64,000 nucleotides of DNA from Antedon mediterranea (GCF_964355755.1 NC_092671.1:7688001-7752000), one strand, 5' to 3'; counted from the stretch's first letter, positions 23,901 through 35,901 are shown. The notes: generated by a model from the sequence alone, not told the origin. Numbers and translations are program-made.

Positions 23901-26900
23901 GTTCATTTTATAATTGCTATATACACATTTTCCTGCTTTTTTTATAACTCTTATGTTGCAAAATTGTTCTCAATATTGATTTTGTTTCAGTATTAAAATA
24001 GTAATTTTCTTTTGTAATTTTTCTTACAGTACTGTACAGCATCACACAAATTTAAATTACACATTAGTTGTTTTATGTAAAGCTCTGTCTACACTATCAA
24101 ACTAGTTTGACAAAAAAAGTGTGATGTGCCCAAATATGGTAGTGATACGCTTAAATATTGTAGTGATATGACATCATTATGTCCACATATGGGCACATCA
24201 CAATTTTTTTGTCACATAAAGTTTGATAGTGTAGACAGGGCTTAAGATATTTTTTCCCAATAATTTCAAAAGTTTTACCCCATCATTATCGATGCAAAGA
24301 ACTGTTCTTGTTTTGTTGCCCACACCACACAGTTTAGTCGTGTTTGATGGAATACAATCCCGTTTTGCCAACATCCCATTGGAAGCATCTTCCGTTATCA
24401 CAATCCATGGCCTCCGTCAAATCTGGGCATTTTGCTCCATCTGATGACGGCTCAACAAGAATAACACGTTTTCGTTCACGAATTCCTATATAAAATACAG
24501 TAAATTTAAATAACATTGGAAATGGGTAGGACTATATAATCGTCAATATGTGGATTTAGTATTCAAAATAAGGTCTAGCCTATTGACAGCAAACATTAAT
24601 TTTCCTCCAGTAGGCATATGATTTTATGTCCTAGATCATTATCACAAAAATTACTTATTTATAGAACTTGTAATGTCACGTCAAGATATTATACTTTATT
24701 ATATGGATTGTGATGCGTATCATACTACAATATAGTAACATTGAGAATTGTTGTGTTGAGTAGAATTATTATGGTATATAACATTGTAATATCTTGTCCA
24801 TTGCACTTGTATAGTCTTTGATTACGAGGAATATATACAGTACACATAAAGAACAAGTTGTTTTTTTAATACACAGCCAAGAGGCTAGTAACAAAATGAC
24901 TATACCATTGCTCGTTGCATTAGTTCCTACTGGACAGGTTGTTGGTATGCATTTACTCCAGACACTCCATGGTGATACCTCACAATTCATGGTGCAGGGC
25001 ACATTGCACTCTTCTACTATGTTTGGTGAGGGGCTTCCACTACACAGAGAGTTCTCAACTGGGGCGTATGCTGAAAAAAAACGCATGATACATACTTTAC
25101 TTTATTTATGTTTCTAAACTAACAAATAAATACAGTTCCTTTATAATGAAAAAAAATTGAATGATTTCGATTTATTATCAGAAAGCTTAAAACTAATGTA
25201 CTAATTTAATGCCATTGTAAATACTAGTATTCACACTCTAAACTCTGTGTTGTGCAAACATTTACAATCTACTTCTAATTGTTGGATATAGTAATCCAAC
25301 CTTTGTCTTTTGCGAGTATCTGAGCAGTTTCTTTGTTATGTTGTTCATTCCTCCTAAATCTAGATCAAAATACACACTGTTGTTGATTTTTTTCATTGAA
25401 TGATTAGGAATGAAAGAATAAAAAAGGATAAATAATTTTCCCAATTCATAAAACATGGTTGTGTTTTTGTCCTTACTTGTGTCATTCTGTTTAACACAGA
25501 ATGTATCCCGATAACGAACACCTCCGCCACAGAGGTTACCACTAACTGTCAGATACTTCAATTCATCTGCAGTCAGGAGTTGCGTTACACTGCATTGAGA
25601 CCAGGCTGAAACATGCCATATAAATCTAAACAGAAAATTGCAAAATAATTTAATAACATTATGGATGTAACTGTAGTTGTGTTGGGTGAAGTCGTCCATA
25701 CTTAAATGTCAGTGTTCAACTTCAGCTAACGTTTATTCTAGGGTTAATGTTACTTAAATTTAGTTTAAAACTGTTCAATTCTGGACATTGTGATGTTCTG
25801 GTGGTGTATGAGTGAGTGCAATATACAAATGTACAAACGCTCTCTCTCTTATAGTATAGCTTATATGATACTATACTTTTTGCATAAAATTATCGTTAAA
25901 TACTTTATCTTGAAAATATATGCCTACCTGGTTTCTAATTTTTGTATACCTCCCCCACAAGTTTTAGTCTCTTGTAATGCGGGACAGCGATCCCCACCTC
26001 CCATAGGTATCTTGAGAACAGCTCTAGTTCTTGTTAGTGTGCTACTTTGTAAAAACTCCTGGAATGACTTAGCTGGGCACACCCTCCATTCACTAAAGTC
26101 CTGGGTTGCTTTGCAGTTTGTGGGGGGTACGCAGGGCCGGTATCTGGTTGGTACATTCATTCCTTCTTGATCAAGACATGTTCTATTTTAAGGAAAAAAT
26201 GTACACATCGTTAATATAGATACTGTATTTAATAAAGAAAATATACAGTAATTATTAATCATATTACATTATATCATGGCAGACCTCTGACTACAGGATC
26301 TAGAAACTATTTGTATGTCTTTGTATAAGACACACTTAATAGTAGGCCACGGTTCACTTTGACTGGATGGGAAATTGTGTGTTTATTTGTTATTTCAATC
26401 TTCATATTGATGATGATATCAAAGTAATATCTTACTGTATGTTATCCCCATAATCAGTGCATCTATTGGGTTTTGTAAATAACTTTCTGAAATAAATATG
26501 CTACTAATAAAAGTAATGAAAATGTGAATGCCTTGGTAGTAATAGTTTACATGCCAGTGGCAATATCTTGCTTATACTGTATAGTTACAAATATGTTTTC
26601 CTTGTTCTTGTAGGTATCTTCGTCTCGAATTTCACTCTTTCTTATTAATTGATGCTTTTGACAGTGTATGAACTAGATTAATTGGTAATTTGGATGCTGT
26701 TTGCAGACAAAGCATTCAACGTATGGCACCCAATACATCACTAGACACTAATCAGTCGCCATCTAACCGACAATTTACCATTCTGTTTGTCTTAGTAACA
26801 AATTATGAGTGCATGTTATCTGGTTACAGACGATGAATTTGGTATGTTATAATGTAGAACTTCATTATGAATGTAAATAGAATAATTAATGAATTTAAAT

Positions 26901-29900
26901 GAGCTCTGTAATATGTAATATAATGCCAAAAGGAATACAGGTAGATAAGTAATGAAGCTAAAGTGCAACATATCCACATGTCACCTGACTTGAGATTTTT
27001 TTTCTTTTCAAGAGTTGTTGTCAACAATCCAATTTGGATACCTACTTTCTTTAATGTCTGTTCATCTTTAATTATTAAGCCAATTTTTGATAAACCAGCA
27101 TCAAGATATTGCTGGTTAACATTTATCTGATAATTAATTGATACCTGCTGATCTAACGATCAAGTATAGTAGCCGAAATAGAGTTGGTAATTATTAACAA
27201 CATTGATGAAACAGTATTAAGGATTGCTGGTTATAAACAATTATTATCCGATAATTGATTGATACCTGATCAGGTACAGTTCCAAAGATGTTCCAAAATA
27301 TAGTTGTTAATTATTGTTGATAATTATAAACATTGATGATAAAAACATTGATGAAACTGTTAATTGTTTAATTGTATTAAGGATTTCTTGTTATTAACAT
27401 TTATACGATAATTGATTGATACCTGATCAGGTACAGCAGCTGATGTTCCAAAATAGAGTTGTTGATTATTGTTGATAATTATTAACATTAATGATAAAAA
27501 ACATTGATGAAACTGTTTGTTTCATTAAGGATTAAGAAAGATAATGTTGACCTGAAATATCATACATTACAATTTATTTGCTATTAATATTAATTCATTA
27601 ATGTACCGGAATTTCTTAACATAGAATTGTGCACTGTAGCATTACTCCTACAGTAGGTGTGAAGAATGATAAATAATGATTAATTGATTTTCCCAATGGA
27701 AAGACAATGAATCCCAATGGAAAAATAACCATAAATTTGTCTTTTCTCGATAATTTATCATTGGACTACTTTTACCATCATTTCAAGCCTTCCTATCAAT
27801 ATTCAGCAGAACCATTGAGCCCTACTGCCTACGGGCTTAGTTAATATTGTTATATAGCCCTACTACTAAAGAGAATTGTTGATGTAGTAAAAAGGGGTAT
27901 TGCTAAACTGCGCAAAAAACAAAAAAAGCTGCGCAAACCTCCTTCAAAACAATTATTATTGATTAGAACACAACTAGAACTATATAGGGAGACGATTTAT
28001 GAGAAAAAAAATTTGAAATTCCTTTAAGTTTGCCTTTTTTTGGGTTAAAAACTTCAATTTTTGGGAAAATTACTGATTTCACAGCGCAAACAACAAAAAA
28101 AGCTGCGCAAACCTCCTTTAAATCTATTAATATTGATTAAAACACAACTAGACCTATATAGGGAGACAATTTATGGGGAAAAACATTTGAAATTCCTTTA
28201 AGTTTGCCCTTTTTTGGGTGAAAACCTTCAATTTTTTGGAAAATTACTGATTTCACAGCGCAAACAGCGAAAAAAGATGCGCAAACCTCCTTCAAAACAA
28301 TTAATATTGATTAAAACACAACTAGACCTATATAGGGAGACAATTTATGAGGAAAAAAAATTGAAATTGCTGTCAGTTTTTTTTTTTTGGGACAAGGGCT
28401 AAAGACAATTTACTTTAATTGTTTTGAAGGAGGTTTGCGCAGCTTTTTTTGGAGGTTTGCGATGTGAAATCAGTAATTTTCCAAAAAATTGAAGTTTTTC
28501 ACCCAAAAAAAGGCAAACTTAAAGGAATTTTAAATTTTTTCCCCATAAATTGTCTCCCTATATAGGTCTAGTTGTGTTTTAATCAATATTAATTGATTTA
28601 AAGGAAGTTTGCGCAGCTTTTTTTGGAGGTTTGCGCTGTGAAATCAGTGATTTTCCCAAAAATTGAAGTTTTTCACCCAAAAAAGGGTAAACTTAAAGGA
28701 ATTTTAAATGTTTTTCCCCATAAATTGTCTCCCTATATAGGTCTAGTTGTGTTTTAATCAATATTAATAGATTTAAAGGAGGTTTGCGCAGCTTTTTTTG
28801 TTGTTTGCGCTGTGAAATCAGTAATTTTCCCAAAAATTGAAGTTTTTAACCCAAAAAAGGCAAACTTAAAGGAATTTCAAATTTTTTTTCTCATAAATTG
28901 TCTCCCTATATAGTTCTAGTTGTGTTCTAATCAATAATAATTGTTTTGAAGGAGGTTTGCGCAGCTTCTTTTGTTGTTTGCGCAGTGTTTGCGCAGTTTA
29001 GCAATACCCAGTAAAAAGAGGTTTCTTACTGAAGTGACACTAGGTTTCCGTTGCTGTTCACGCAAGCAAATTCTCGCAACTGTTGACCAACTGGTAATCC
29101 TGGTGTTTCATCTTTGTCAATCGCTTGAACACTACAAGCACTCCATTCCCCTATCTTTAAATAATAACTTGGAGAATGAGAGGGTGGACATTCTTTAGTA
29201 TTATCACATGGTTGTAACTCACTCAAAGAAGGACATGATTTTCCTGTAAGCTGCGCTGGTATGATCACCTCTCGTATACGAGTCTGTGTTCCGTTCCCAC
29301 ACGGATTGGAGCATTCTGACCAATCGCTAAATGATGAAACAATGCAGTCTTGTTTACAGGGCAATAAACATGATTTCAAAGTCAACGGCTTTACGCTGAA
29401 TAATTCACAAATATAATCCTGTACTATTCCATCAGAGTCTGTATCAACATAGTTTGTTACTTTTTCTTGGCATTTCACAGGCCGTTCTTGTTCACCAACT
29501 GATTCAGGGCCACAATAAGCATGTTGGTTCTCACTTAAGCTGTCTTTTTTTTTGCTACATTCATTCCACTCACCAATCTCCCAATCAAATAAATAACTAT
29601 GTTGTTCACAAACTTTGAAACAGTCTCTACGAATTGGAGGCTTGTCATCAATGTTGCAATTTTCATTTAGGACAGTCCATCCTTCAAAGTCTATGCACCA
29701 CACAGCTCGGTTTTGCAGGCCTCCATGCCCACATCTGGTTGACTGGCATTTTCCCCAGGGTCCTAAAAAATGAAAGCAATAGAATAGAAAAATAAATAAA
29801 ATAATAAAAATAATGTAGGTTTCCTCTTTAATTTCAATCAGATTTAATTTTTTTCAAATCATTCTAAAAATAGCATTTATGTGAGTGAATTTTAAAAATA

Positions 29901-32900
29901 TTAATGATATTGATTTTATGCGATGCCGGCAGGCCAATAAATTATGCTATAAAGTCGGTCAATGAACGAATGCTAGGAGGAGGCTATAGGCAAAAAATAA
30001 CAGTCTGTTCAACTGTAATATTCATAATTAATGTGAACTGTGAATTTAAATTTTTCTTTATTTCTGTCTTTAACTCATTTACAATTAATTTTAAAAGTTT
30101 CCATACAATGGTGTCTTGATCTTGATTTTATACTGTTCAACCTTTACATAATGTCTACCATTATTTGGAACAAAATGATAAAAAAATTGTAGTTAATTGA
30201 AATTGTTTTGCAGACAAAATAGGAGCTTAGTCAAATATATCAACGTAATCCAACAACTAAAGATACATAGTACTGTAATACCGCTAATAAATTAAACTCA
30301 TTCCTGTGGCGTCCATTATCGCACATGTATCTGCTTTCTTGATCTTTTAGTTTGTCGTCTTAAAGGATTTCTAAACCTCTCAAAATGATGTCTTTGTGTT
30401 GCTTAACCTCTGGTGTGAATCAATTCACAAATCCACAGAATTAACACACACTTTCATCATCAATTTTCAGTGCAGATTTCATTCAAATTACCTTTGGGCA
30501 AGGAAGGGTGAGTTATGGCAGCTTTCAAACAATTTAAACTAAAATGCAGTGTATGAAAGATGACGATTTCTAATGAGTTAATTTGCGTATAAATCTGAGT
30601 AAATTTACAATAAAACAGTATAATATATCAAACTAATATGATTTTAAAACATCATAAAAAAGATGAGTTGAATACTGTATACCGACTGAAAGTCTAATAT
30701 CGTTTGCTTGCTTACTGATCCTGATATAAGTCCACTCTGTGATATGCCCAGAGTGGGGTACATTTTAGGAAAAGGTTGATGTGCTACTGTACTTTTCAGT
30801 TCTCTCGCTACTGTATAACTAGACAGTTTTACAATAATGTAAACTTAATGGCTATTAGCACTGAAGATCTTTCAATACAAAAACAAAATGTTAGTTTCTT
30901 AAAGATGAAGACCAGTATTACTGTACTGTTGACAGCTCTTAATTTATTGTATAATCTTAGCAGATTATAATTGCTTTTAGTAATGGTCAGAAGTACTTAG
31001 ACTCAAGACTTGTGTATATTTTACTGATTATTCAGATTCGTTAGCAGAGTTTACTTCAAAGATTAAATTGTAATTACAGCTGACAGAATAATAAGATGAT
31101 ATATTTGATGTTTTTTTTTCTACAGAAGCATTCACAATGCAATAAACAGAGATGTGTTCAACATTTAAAGGTCAACAATAAAGAGAGGTCTTTCAATACT
31201 TTGAAGTTTTCACACCTCATTTTGAACTAGGATTTATACATTTAGACATGTTTGATGGAATTAGTTCAGGCTAGTGTGCCTATGCTTCCATGTTTACACA
31301 TTCTAAGAATATGAAATTCACTTTTCTATCTTGATATTATTCATATTAATATGAATTATTTTAACCGAAAAATAAAATAATATTCAACTACAGAATCAAA
31401 TAAGCATGTTTTATTTCTTAAACATGTGAGTTTCTTACATATTTCAAAGGCGACAGAAGAGAAATTAGTCTAAGAGAAGACAGATTAGAGTCAAAATCTA
31501 GATGACAGCAACAGGATCATTGTCAAATTCAGTTCCATTCTGTAATTTCATTCATTTGAGAGATTTTTTGTTATAGTCTACAAACATCATTCAAATTTTC
31601 CTCATGTTATCCATGCCACGCTATACCACTATTCCTCAACCCACCACCCCTCTTCTTTTCCCTTATTGAATTATAAACATCGCTCTTCCTGTTCACATCC
31701 TCTAATAATAGATCATATTTCAATTATCACCATGTATTTTACATAGCACTTAGGATTGATTACCTGTTTATGATTTAATATTCAATTTCATAGCAAGCAA
31801 TTTGAGTTGCAATTAGTCAAGAATGTAATTCAGCATATGGGGCCTTTAGCCTCTTGGCCATTCTCATCTAGTGCACTAATTGCATAATTGTCTAGCCTAG
31901 GAACTTAGTAAAGCAACATAAAATTAATAATGTATATTGATACTTTCGAAGTATAAGTTAAACTTAGGCTACTACTGAAGTTTTGGTAAATCCCCAAGAA
32001 AATATAACTGATGACAATGATTTTTTTTTACCTATACTCAATGATATTCTAAGAAGTGTTTTACATCAGCTTCTTCAATTTTATATTATATTATTATTAT
32101 GAAAACAATGATAAAATATTAAGGTTAATGATTGAGATAATAAATATAATGATGTATCAGTGTTTTAGTAAAACTTTGATAAAGCAATCAAGGTAAAACT
32201 AATGATGTTAAATTAGGCAACTTTCTGGCTGGCATCATAGTCACTTAGCATTTCAGGAGCTTCAGACGGGATCCGATATCACATAAGGCGACACACAAAT
32301 TTTAAGCCATTTAATTAGACATTGCATAGTTAGGATAACAGAAAAAAAAGACTTTACAAATAATAATAAATCAATCAAAAGCTGCTTGGTAAAAATATCT
32401 CTTAATTGACTTGAATGATGAAGAGGAATTTTCTGTTGTTTTGAGATAGAAAACCTGTCAAAGTTGCTTCTAGCAATAAAGATTTCATCAATCAAGGCAC
32501 TGGCTAAATCAATAGACTTTTGTGTTTAGAAAAATAATTTTTCAAACACCTGTGTCATCTAAAAGTAGCTTTTGCAATTCCGATTTTTACTTTATATATT
32601 TACTGTATGGATTATGTATCTATTTTGAAAATCTCATATTAATTTAAAAAACTTCTGGGTTCGCTCCTCCTACCACAAACTATCTATTCTTAATTTACAT
32701 GGTCTAGTTCTCTTTAGTTCATAGAAAACTTCAATCAAATAAAACTTGAGAAATAGGTACTTTCTATGATTATGAAAAACTATTACAAAAATATAATAGT
32801 AATCTAGAAAAGCAATATTTTTATTATCTTTAAAATTTAAACGTTAATTTTATTTAGTCTAGTCCACACAATCAACTAATAGTAATAATAAAATTTAGTT

Positions 32901-35900
32901 TCTTAATGGTCAATCTTTAAAGAAGTCTAGTTAATACTAGAAGTATGTCATTTTCTTCAACCTTTCGGCTTTTAGCCGCAGTTGAGTCACTTCTGTTTCT
33001 ACGTTCATTCCATAACCTCTTAAAACATGTTCATAAATTGGAAAAAAAATTAACTTCAAGAACAAAAAAAAATGATTTAGGAAAGAATCATCATTAGATA
33101 AAAAATTCCTTCCTACAGGTGCCATGGCTTATTGGATAGGTGATTATAGACTTGCTTTAGCTAATATCAACGACATTTCTTGCTAAGTTATTAATTCTCA
33201 TTTTAAAATTGAAAAAAAAAAGAAGAAAGTCAAATGTAGAGCAAAATAATGTAATCTTCAGGAGCCATAGCATTTGGCTTGGTTACCATTAAACTGTTAA
33301 CTTATCATGAAATTATGAATTACTTTATGAACTTCAATCTAGTTTTAATGGCTAACTGGATATTGTCAATTATTCAAAACCATTTTAAATTATACTTGCA
33401 ATCTATGATCAAAAAGTCAGAAAGTTAATATCAGGAATTATCTAATTTATTTAAAAGAAATCATGATCTCTTTTTCAACTACTTAAAATTAAAGTATAGA
33501 CTAAACGAGGACTTATTTATACGCTTAACTTTTCCTAATAAATACATTTTAATTTCATGGTTTTTAAGTGCACATTATTTATAGTATGTACCATATTTCA
33601 ACTAGTGCAGCCTATCTTGTAATGTAGTGTGTGATAAATGTGTGTTATACCTCTAATAGTTTTAATAATGGCAAATAATAATAATGTATTAGATAATGAC
33701 TATATTAGCCCATTGGACACAAAATTAGGTCAATATTAGTTCAAGCAAAGGAGGGTGTGTTTATGCTAAAAATGTAATTGGTCGTCCTATATCCGCACAG
33801 ATTATGTTTCATTACTTAATACAATAATGAAATTACTTTAACTAATTTTTTTTTAGAGGGACAGTGTAGTAGTTTCACATTTCAAATAACAGTGATTTTC
33901 AGAACTGAACGTCAGCTACAAAGGTAATGACAAAGATTAAGTGTAGATAAGCCTTTACGTTTAATTTAACAGATTTCTGAATCATCCATCAAAACATGAG
34001 AAAGCAGATCACATCCAACACATACTGTGACAATTCAAAGATATTACATTAAACGTACTGAAATATATCACTATAAATATTAATAATTAATTCTGATTTA
34101 ATTATTTATTTTTAAATTTACATACATGGAAACCTCTATAAAAGGGGAACTTTTCCGAGAAATGAATGAGAGAGCTTATTTTAACAATAGCCAACTTTTA
34201 TGCACAGGAATCTCGGGAAATGAATGAGGAACAATGTTTTAACACAAGATCAACCAAATTCTGAGAAAAAATGTCTTATATTATATAGGTGTTCTACTGT
34301 ATTAGAAATCATGTATCTATTTATGATCAACTATTGGTAACATTCTATTTGCTGTTGGAAAAAAAATTATGATTATTATAATTATTTTAATTAAAAAGCA
34401 CAGGAAGGCACTTTATGGCAGTACAGTACTAAATAGTGGGTGGACAGGATATCTTTAAATTATCATTTCAATTTATCACATGGTTTCAGAGCCTTTGAGG
34501 ACCATGATGATATAATATTAATCAATTATTTTTATGAATTTACTTTGTATTATTTTTCAAGAAATATGATTACTATTCAATGAAACATTAATGAGAAAAA
34601 TTATAGTTTTGTAAAATGCTAATTCTAAATTATTATTTCTATTTTAGATTGGTATTCAATTTCTGTCCTCAAATTTGTCCGAATAACAATAATAAATTCA
34701 AATGTTCTTGATGAAACTGACATAAAGCTTCAAATGTTTTACACGCGCACACGAGCATGACATACACACGTGTACAAATATATGAATGAAACATTGCTGA
34801 CTGATAGGCGAATGTGTAATACAGTTCTTATCACTGAATGATTTAAAGGATGAATGAGATTTTTTTTATACTCGTTCTTCCTTTCTTGACGTGATGTAAT
34901 CCATTATGACTAAACTAAGGAGAGCCATGTTAAACATCTTGAAATTATATGTGCACAGGTGATGGTAGTACGTTAAGTATCTCCTTGGCTGCTCGTAAAA
35001 ACGAAAAGTAAAACATTCCTAATGGCAGAAATCTGTTCACATTTTTTGCACATTAGATTTTAGCATATGTGTACTGTATGTTTAAATCTGTTACTTTTTT
35101 TTAATTTATAGTCTAAAATCAAATTTGTTGTAGAGCATAATATATTATTATTGCTGGGTTGGATATATTTGGCCTAATCTTCTTCTATGCTTATACTTTG
35201 GAGACTTTCAAAAGCACTTGAAAACTGAACAAAGTTGGCAAGGGATTTGTAAATTGAATATGTTTGACAAAAATATGACATTGAGTTAAAACATGGTTAT
35301 GCATTGTTTTGAAAAATATGGTACGTTGTGAAAAGAAATTTCATATGTGCTACCAAATACTGATATACATGTAAATCCACAATAACTTTTCCTGAGGGAA
35401 GTGCAGACAAGTTGGTTATTAATTATGAAGATAACATTATAATTATAGTATTATTGTAAATTTATTTAATATTTGTTGATCTTTTATCTGTTAACTAAAC
35501 AAATCTGTATTAAATTAAAATTGTTTAGAAACACCTTAAAGGCTATACATATCAAGACATTATTCTGCAAAATAGTACAAATTGAAGATCATGACTGTAT
35601 TCTAAATTGTATGCAATTTAGATGAAATTTTCATAATTTGTATGTAATTCTCATCAAAAATAGTCTAGTTTTCTCAAAAGCTTTCTAATAAGTTTCATTA
35701 TTTTTTCGGTGATTGCAAGGTTAAAGCTTTTTATCTAGCAGGTATTCAAAAAAAGTTGGTAATGATGTTATAAGTAGAAACAAATTGGCTAATCAGTATT
35801 TTTTAATGAAACTTACCGGTTTCCCAAACATATCCCTGAGCTTGTACGTTGTTGCAGCATTTGCAGAAAATTACAAACAGCAGAAACATAAGCCTCTTCA

Positions 35901-35901
35901 T
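11878..35901 (-). CDS. THSD7A: Thrombospondin type-1 domain-containing protein 7 (THSD7A/THSD7B-like), 25 coding exons, about 1550 aa type I membrane protein; one apparent frameshift in coding exon 6
   Basis: Manually spliced GT-AG exons with consistent phases. N-terminal signal peptide MKRLMFLLFVIFCKCCNNVQA; alternating TSP1 units (WxxWSxCS..CG.G.Q.R.R and C..PCP.DC); THSD7-typical RQVWCQRSDGVNVTGGC; TM helix; tail ending YMDGVHV*. A versus B paralog cannot be resolved. Confidence 0.9.
12212..12315. mobile_element. MITE family A, internally deleted
   Basis: TAAAGCTCTGTCTACACTATC...GATAGTATAGATAGAGCTTTA. Confidence 0.8.
12472..12556 (-). CDS. THSD7A: THSD7 coding exon 24 (transmembrane helix)
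   Basis: SIPVWMYPTAGGALLIIIMLILIYCT; GTGAGT donor. Confidence 0.9.
12687..12814 (-). CDS. THSD7A: THSD7 coding exon 23 (juxtamembrane linker)
   Basis: TTSGDILRCASPDE...QKGIF; phase 2 to 1. Confidence 0.83.
13088..13214 (-). CDS. THSD7A: THSD7 coding exon 22 (EGF-like cysteine module)
   Basis: GCLENKKPEEMRQCGPPCTVQNSYCAQNGKCQCKTGLKPSY. Confidence 0.9.
13356..13451 (-). CDS. THSD7A: THSD7 coding exon 21
   Basis: DTCYTFTWQTGTWYEGDRQVWCQRSDGVNVT, the THSD7 membrane-proximal signature. Confidence 0.92.
13633..13722 (-). CDS. THSD7A: THSD7 coding exon 20
   Basis: SAGIQSRSRAS...DARPCQ. Confidence 0.88.
13811..13913 (-). CDS. THSD7A: THSD7 coding exon 19
   Basis: REQACTVPCPGECQLTEWSKWSPC...GKPS. 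Confidence 0.9.
14246..14395 (-). CDS. THSD7A: THSD7 coding exon 18
   Basis: NGYCGQGSRKRQVRC...FETFQ; phase 0 to 0. Confidence 0.88.
14489..14634 (-). CDS. THSD7A: THSD7 coding exon 17
   Basis: IMSRSRQKLQEP...QKPCPVKPCY...WGYCQAE. Confidence 0.9.
14792..14909 (-). CDS. THSD7A: THSD7 coding exon 16
   Basis: YNLQQP...CPVDCILSEWSEWTSCSQTCGLQ. Confidence 0.9.
15043..15288 (-). CDS. THSD7A: THSD7 coding exon 15
   Basis: ECKPGNLRTRER...CGQGKQSRSLDC...VCQK; GTAAAG donor. Confidence 0.9.
15630..15783 (-). CDS. THSD7A: THSD7 coding exon 14
   Basis: CYSKATP...VGEWSEWTECPM; GTATGT donor. Confidence 0.9.
15991..16124 (-). CDS. THSD7A: THSD7 coding exon 13
   Basis: IIEEVSC...FFWKAGPWADC...CGSGTQYRNV; GTATGA donor. 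Confidence 0.9.
16368..16543 (-). CDS. THSD7A: THSD7 coding exon 12
   Basis: FETMNCSLPCPVNCELSQWTPWSSCSK...GGRPCPPHNENQ. Confidence 0.9.
16616..16833. mobile_element. MITE family B copy (seed of the satellite)
   Basis: Left end TAAAGCTTGTTCCCACTAGCGA is inverted to right end TCGCTAGTGGAAACCACGCTTTA. Confidence 0.8.
16789..19470. repeat. 43/46-bp tandem array (about 59 units) interrupted at 18449-18547
   Basis: Unit TATGTCGCTG(CTG)CATTGCTTTACGTCGCTAGTGG(A/G)AACCACGCTT, near-identical copies, no spacers. Confidence 0.97.
17523..19566. repeat. 1022-bp tandem duplication including 60 nt of exon 11 and its donor
   Basis: Diagnostic variants recur at +1022 (17721/18743, 18161/19183); unique flank 18449-18544 equals 19471-19566. 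Confidence 0.93.
19507..19758 (-). CDS. THSD7A: THSD7 coding exon 11
   Basis: NKKVNVRCKD...GNWSQC...RCDLEE; GTGAGT donor. Confidence 0.9.
19797..19920. mobile_element. MITE family A, degenerate
   Basis: Core AAACTAGTTTGACAAAAA..GTGATGTGCCCAAATATGGTAGTGATA. Confidence 0.7.
20222..20413 (-). CDS. THSD7A: THSD7 coding exon 10
   Basis: VVCLKG...CLLTNWAEWGDC...QTRSRKLK; weak donor GTTTTT but phase consistent. Confidence 0.85.
20843..21156 (-). CDS. THSD7A: THSD7 coding exon 9
   Basis: CGDFKKPDTTQQCTIPCTQDC...CGPGLQTR; AG/GT, phase 2 to 1. Confidence 0.9.
21344..21533. repeat. Imperfect inverted repeat (MITE-like)
   Basis: ATTTCGCATCATGTTT..ATATTTCATGAGTT mirrored by AACTCATGAAATAT..AAACATGATGCGAAAT. 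Confidence 0.75.
21934..22162 (-). CDS. THSD7A: THSD7 coding exon 8
   Basis: NGSQCPNRRELQQSKPC...WVTYSWGSC...ASED; GTAAG donor. Confidence 0.9.
22339..22650. mobile_element. GC-rich transposon-end fragment(s)
   Basis: Abrupt GC-rich block with GCTCGCTTCGCTTGCTC and GGGGGC runs in an AT-rich intron. Confidence 0.4.
22663..22770. repeat. 45-bp minisatellite, about 2.4 copies
   Basis: CCTACAGCCCAATA at 22664, 22709, 22754. Confidence 0.85.
22834..23023 (-). CDS. THSD7A: THSD7 coding exon 7
   Basis: NTVSDSAC...CWLPCPGDCVLGEWSNWSECSKTC...RSIVAAPS; GTGAG donor. Confidence 0.9.
24078..24245. mobile_element. MITE family A, intact
   Basis: TIR AAGCTCTGTCTACACTATCAAACT / AGTTTGATAGTGTAGACAGGGCTT. 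Confidence 0.88.
24279..24485 (-). CDS. THSD7A: THSD7 coding exon 6 (frameshift near 24358-24366)
   Basis: 5' half IRERKRVILVEP...CFQWDVGK in one frame, 3' half DCIPSNTTKLCGVGNKTRTVLCIDNDG in another; 207 nt where the flanking phases require 206 or 209. Confidence 0.85.
24906..25070 (-). CDS. THSD7A: THSD7 coding exon 5
   Basis: YAPVENSLC...CEVSPWSVWSKC...TSN; TTTTTCAG acceptor, GTATA donor. Confidence 0.88.
25477..25625 (-). CDS. THSD7A: THSD7 coding exon 4
   Basis: FIWHVSAWSQC...CGGGVRYRDTFCVKQNDT; donor GTAAGG gives the required phase 1. Confidence 0.85.
25928..26182 (-). CDS. THSD7A: THSD7 coding exon 3
   Basis: TCLDQEGMNVPTRYRPC...KLET; AG/GT boundaries, phase 2 to 2. Confidence 0.88.
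27105..27532. repeat. Degenerate tandem repeat, 3 copies of 120-160 bp
   Basis: GATAATT(A/G)ATTGATACCTG and AACATTGATGAAAC recur three times. Confidence 0.75.
27895..29009. mobile_element. Foldback (Mutator-like) non-autonomous element
   Basis: Long inverted arms starting GGGTATTGCTAAACTGCGCAAA, built of 174-bp subrepeats; exact 9-bp TSD AGTAAAAAG (27886-27894, 29010-29018). Confidence 0.9.
29030..29762 (-). CDS. THSD7A: THSD7 coding exon 2
   Basis: TTTTTAG acceptor; PWGKCQSTRCGHGGLQNRAVWC...GNLVSL; GTAAG donor; covers ORF 29026..29703. Confidence 0.92.
35817..35901 (-). CDS. THSD7A: THSD7 coding exon 1 (signal peptide)
   Basis: ATG at 35901, MKRLMFLLFVIFCKCCNNVQAQGYVWET(G), donor GTAAGT phase 1, joins GPWGKC of the next exon. 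Confidence 0.88.

Noticed and set aside
25441-25476. Apparent non-canonical GA donor for exon 4
   Set aside because: A canonical GTAAGG donor at 25476 gives the correct phase.
28214-28402. ORF in the foldback element as a transposase
   Set aside because: Short, derived from the 174-bp subrepeat, no DDE motif.
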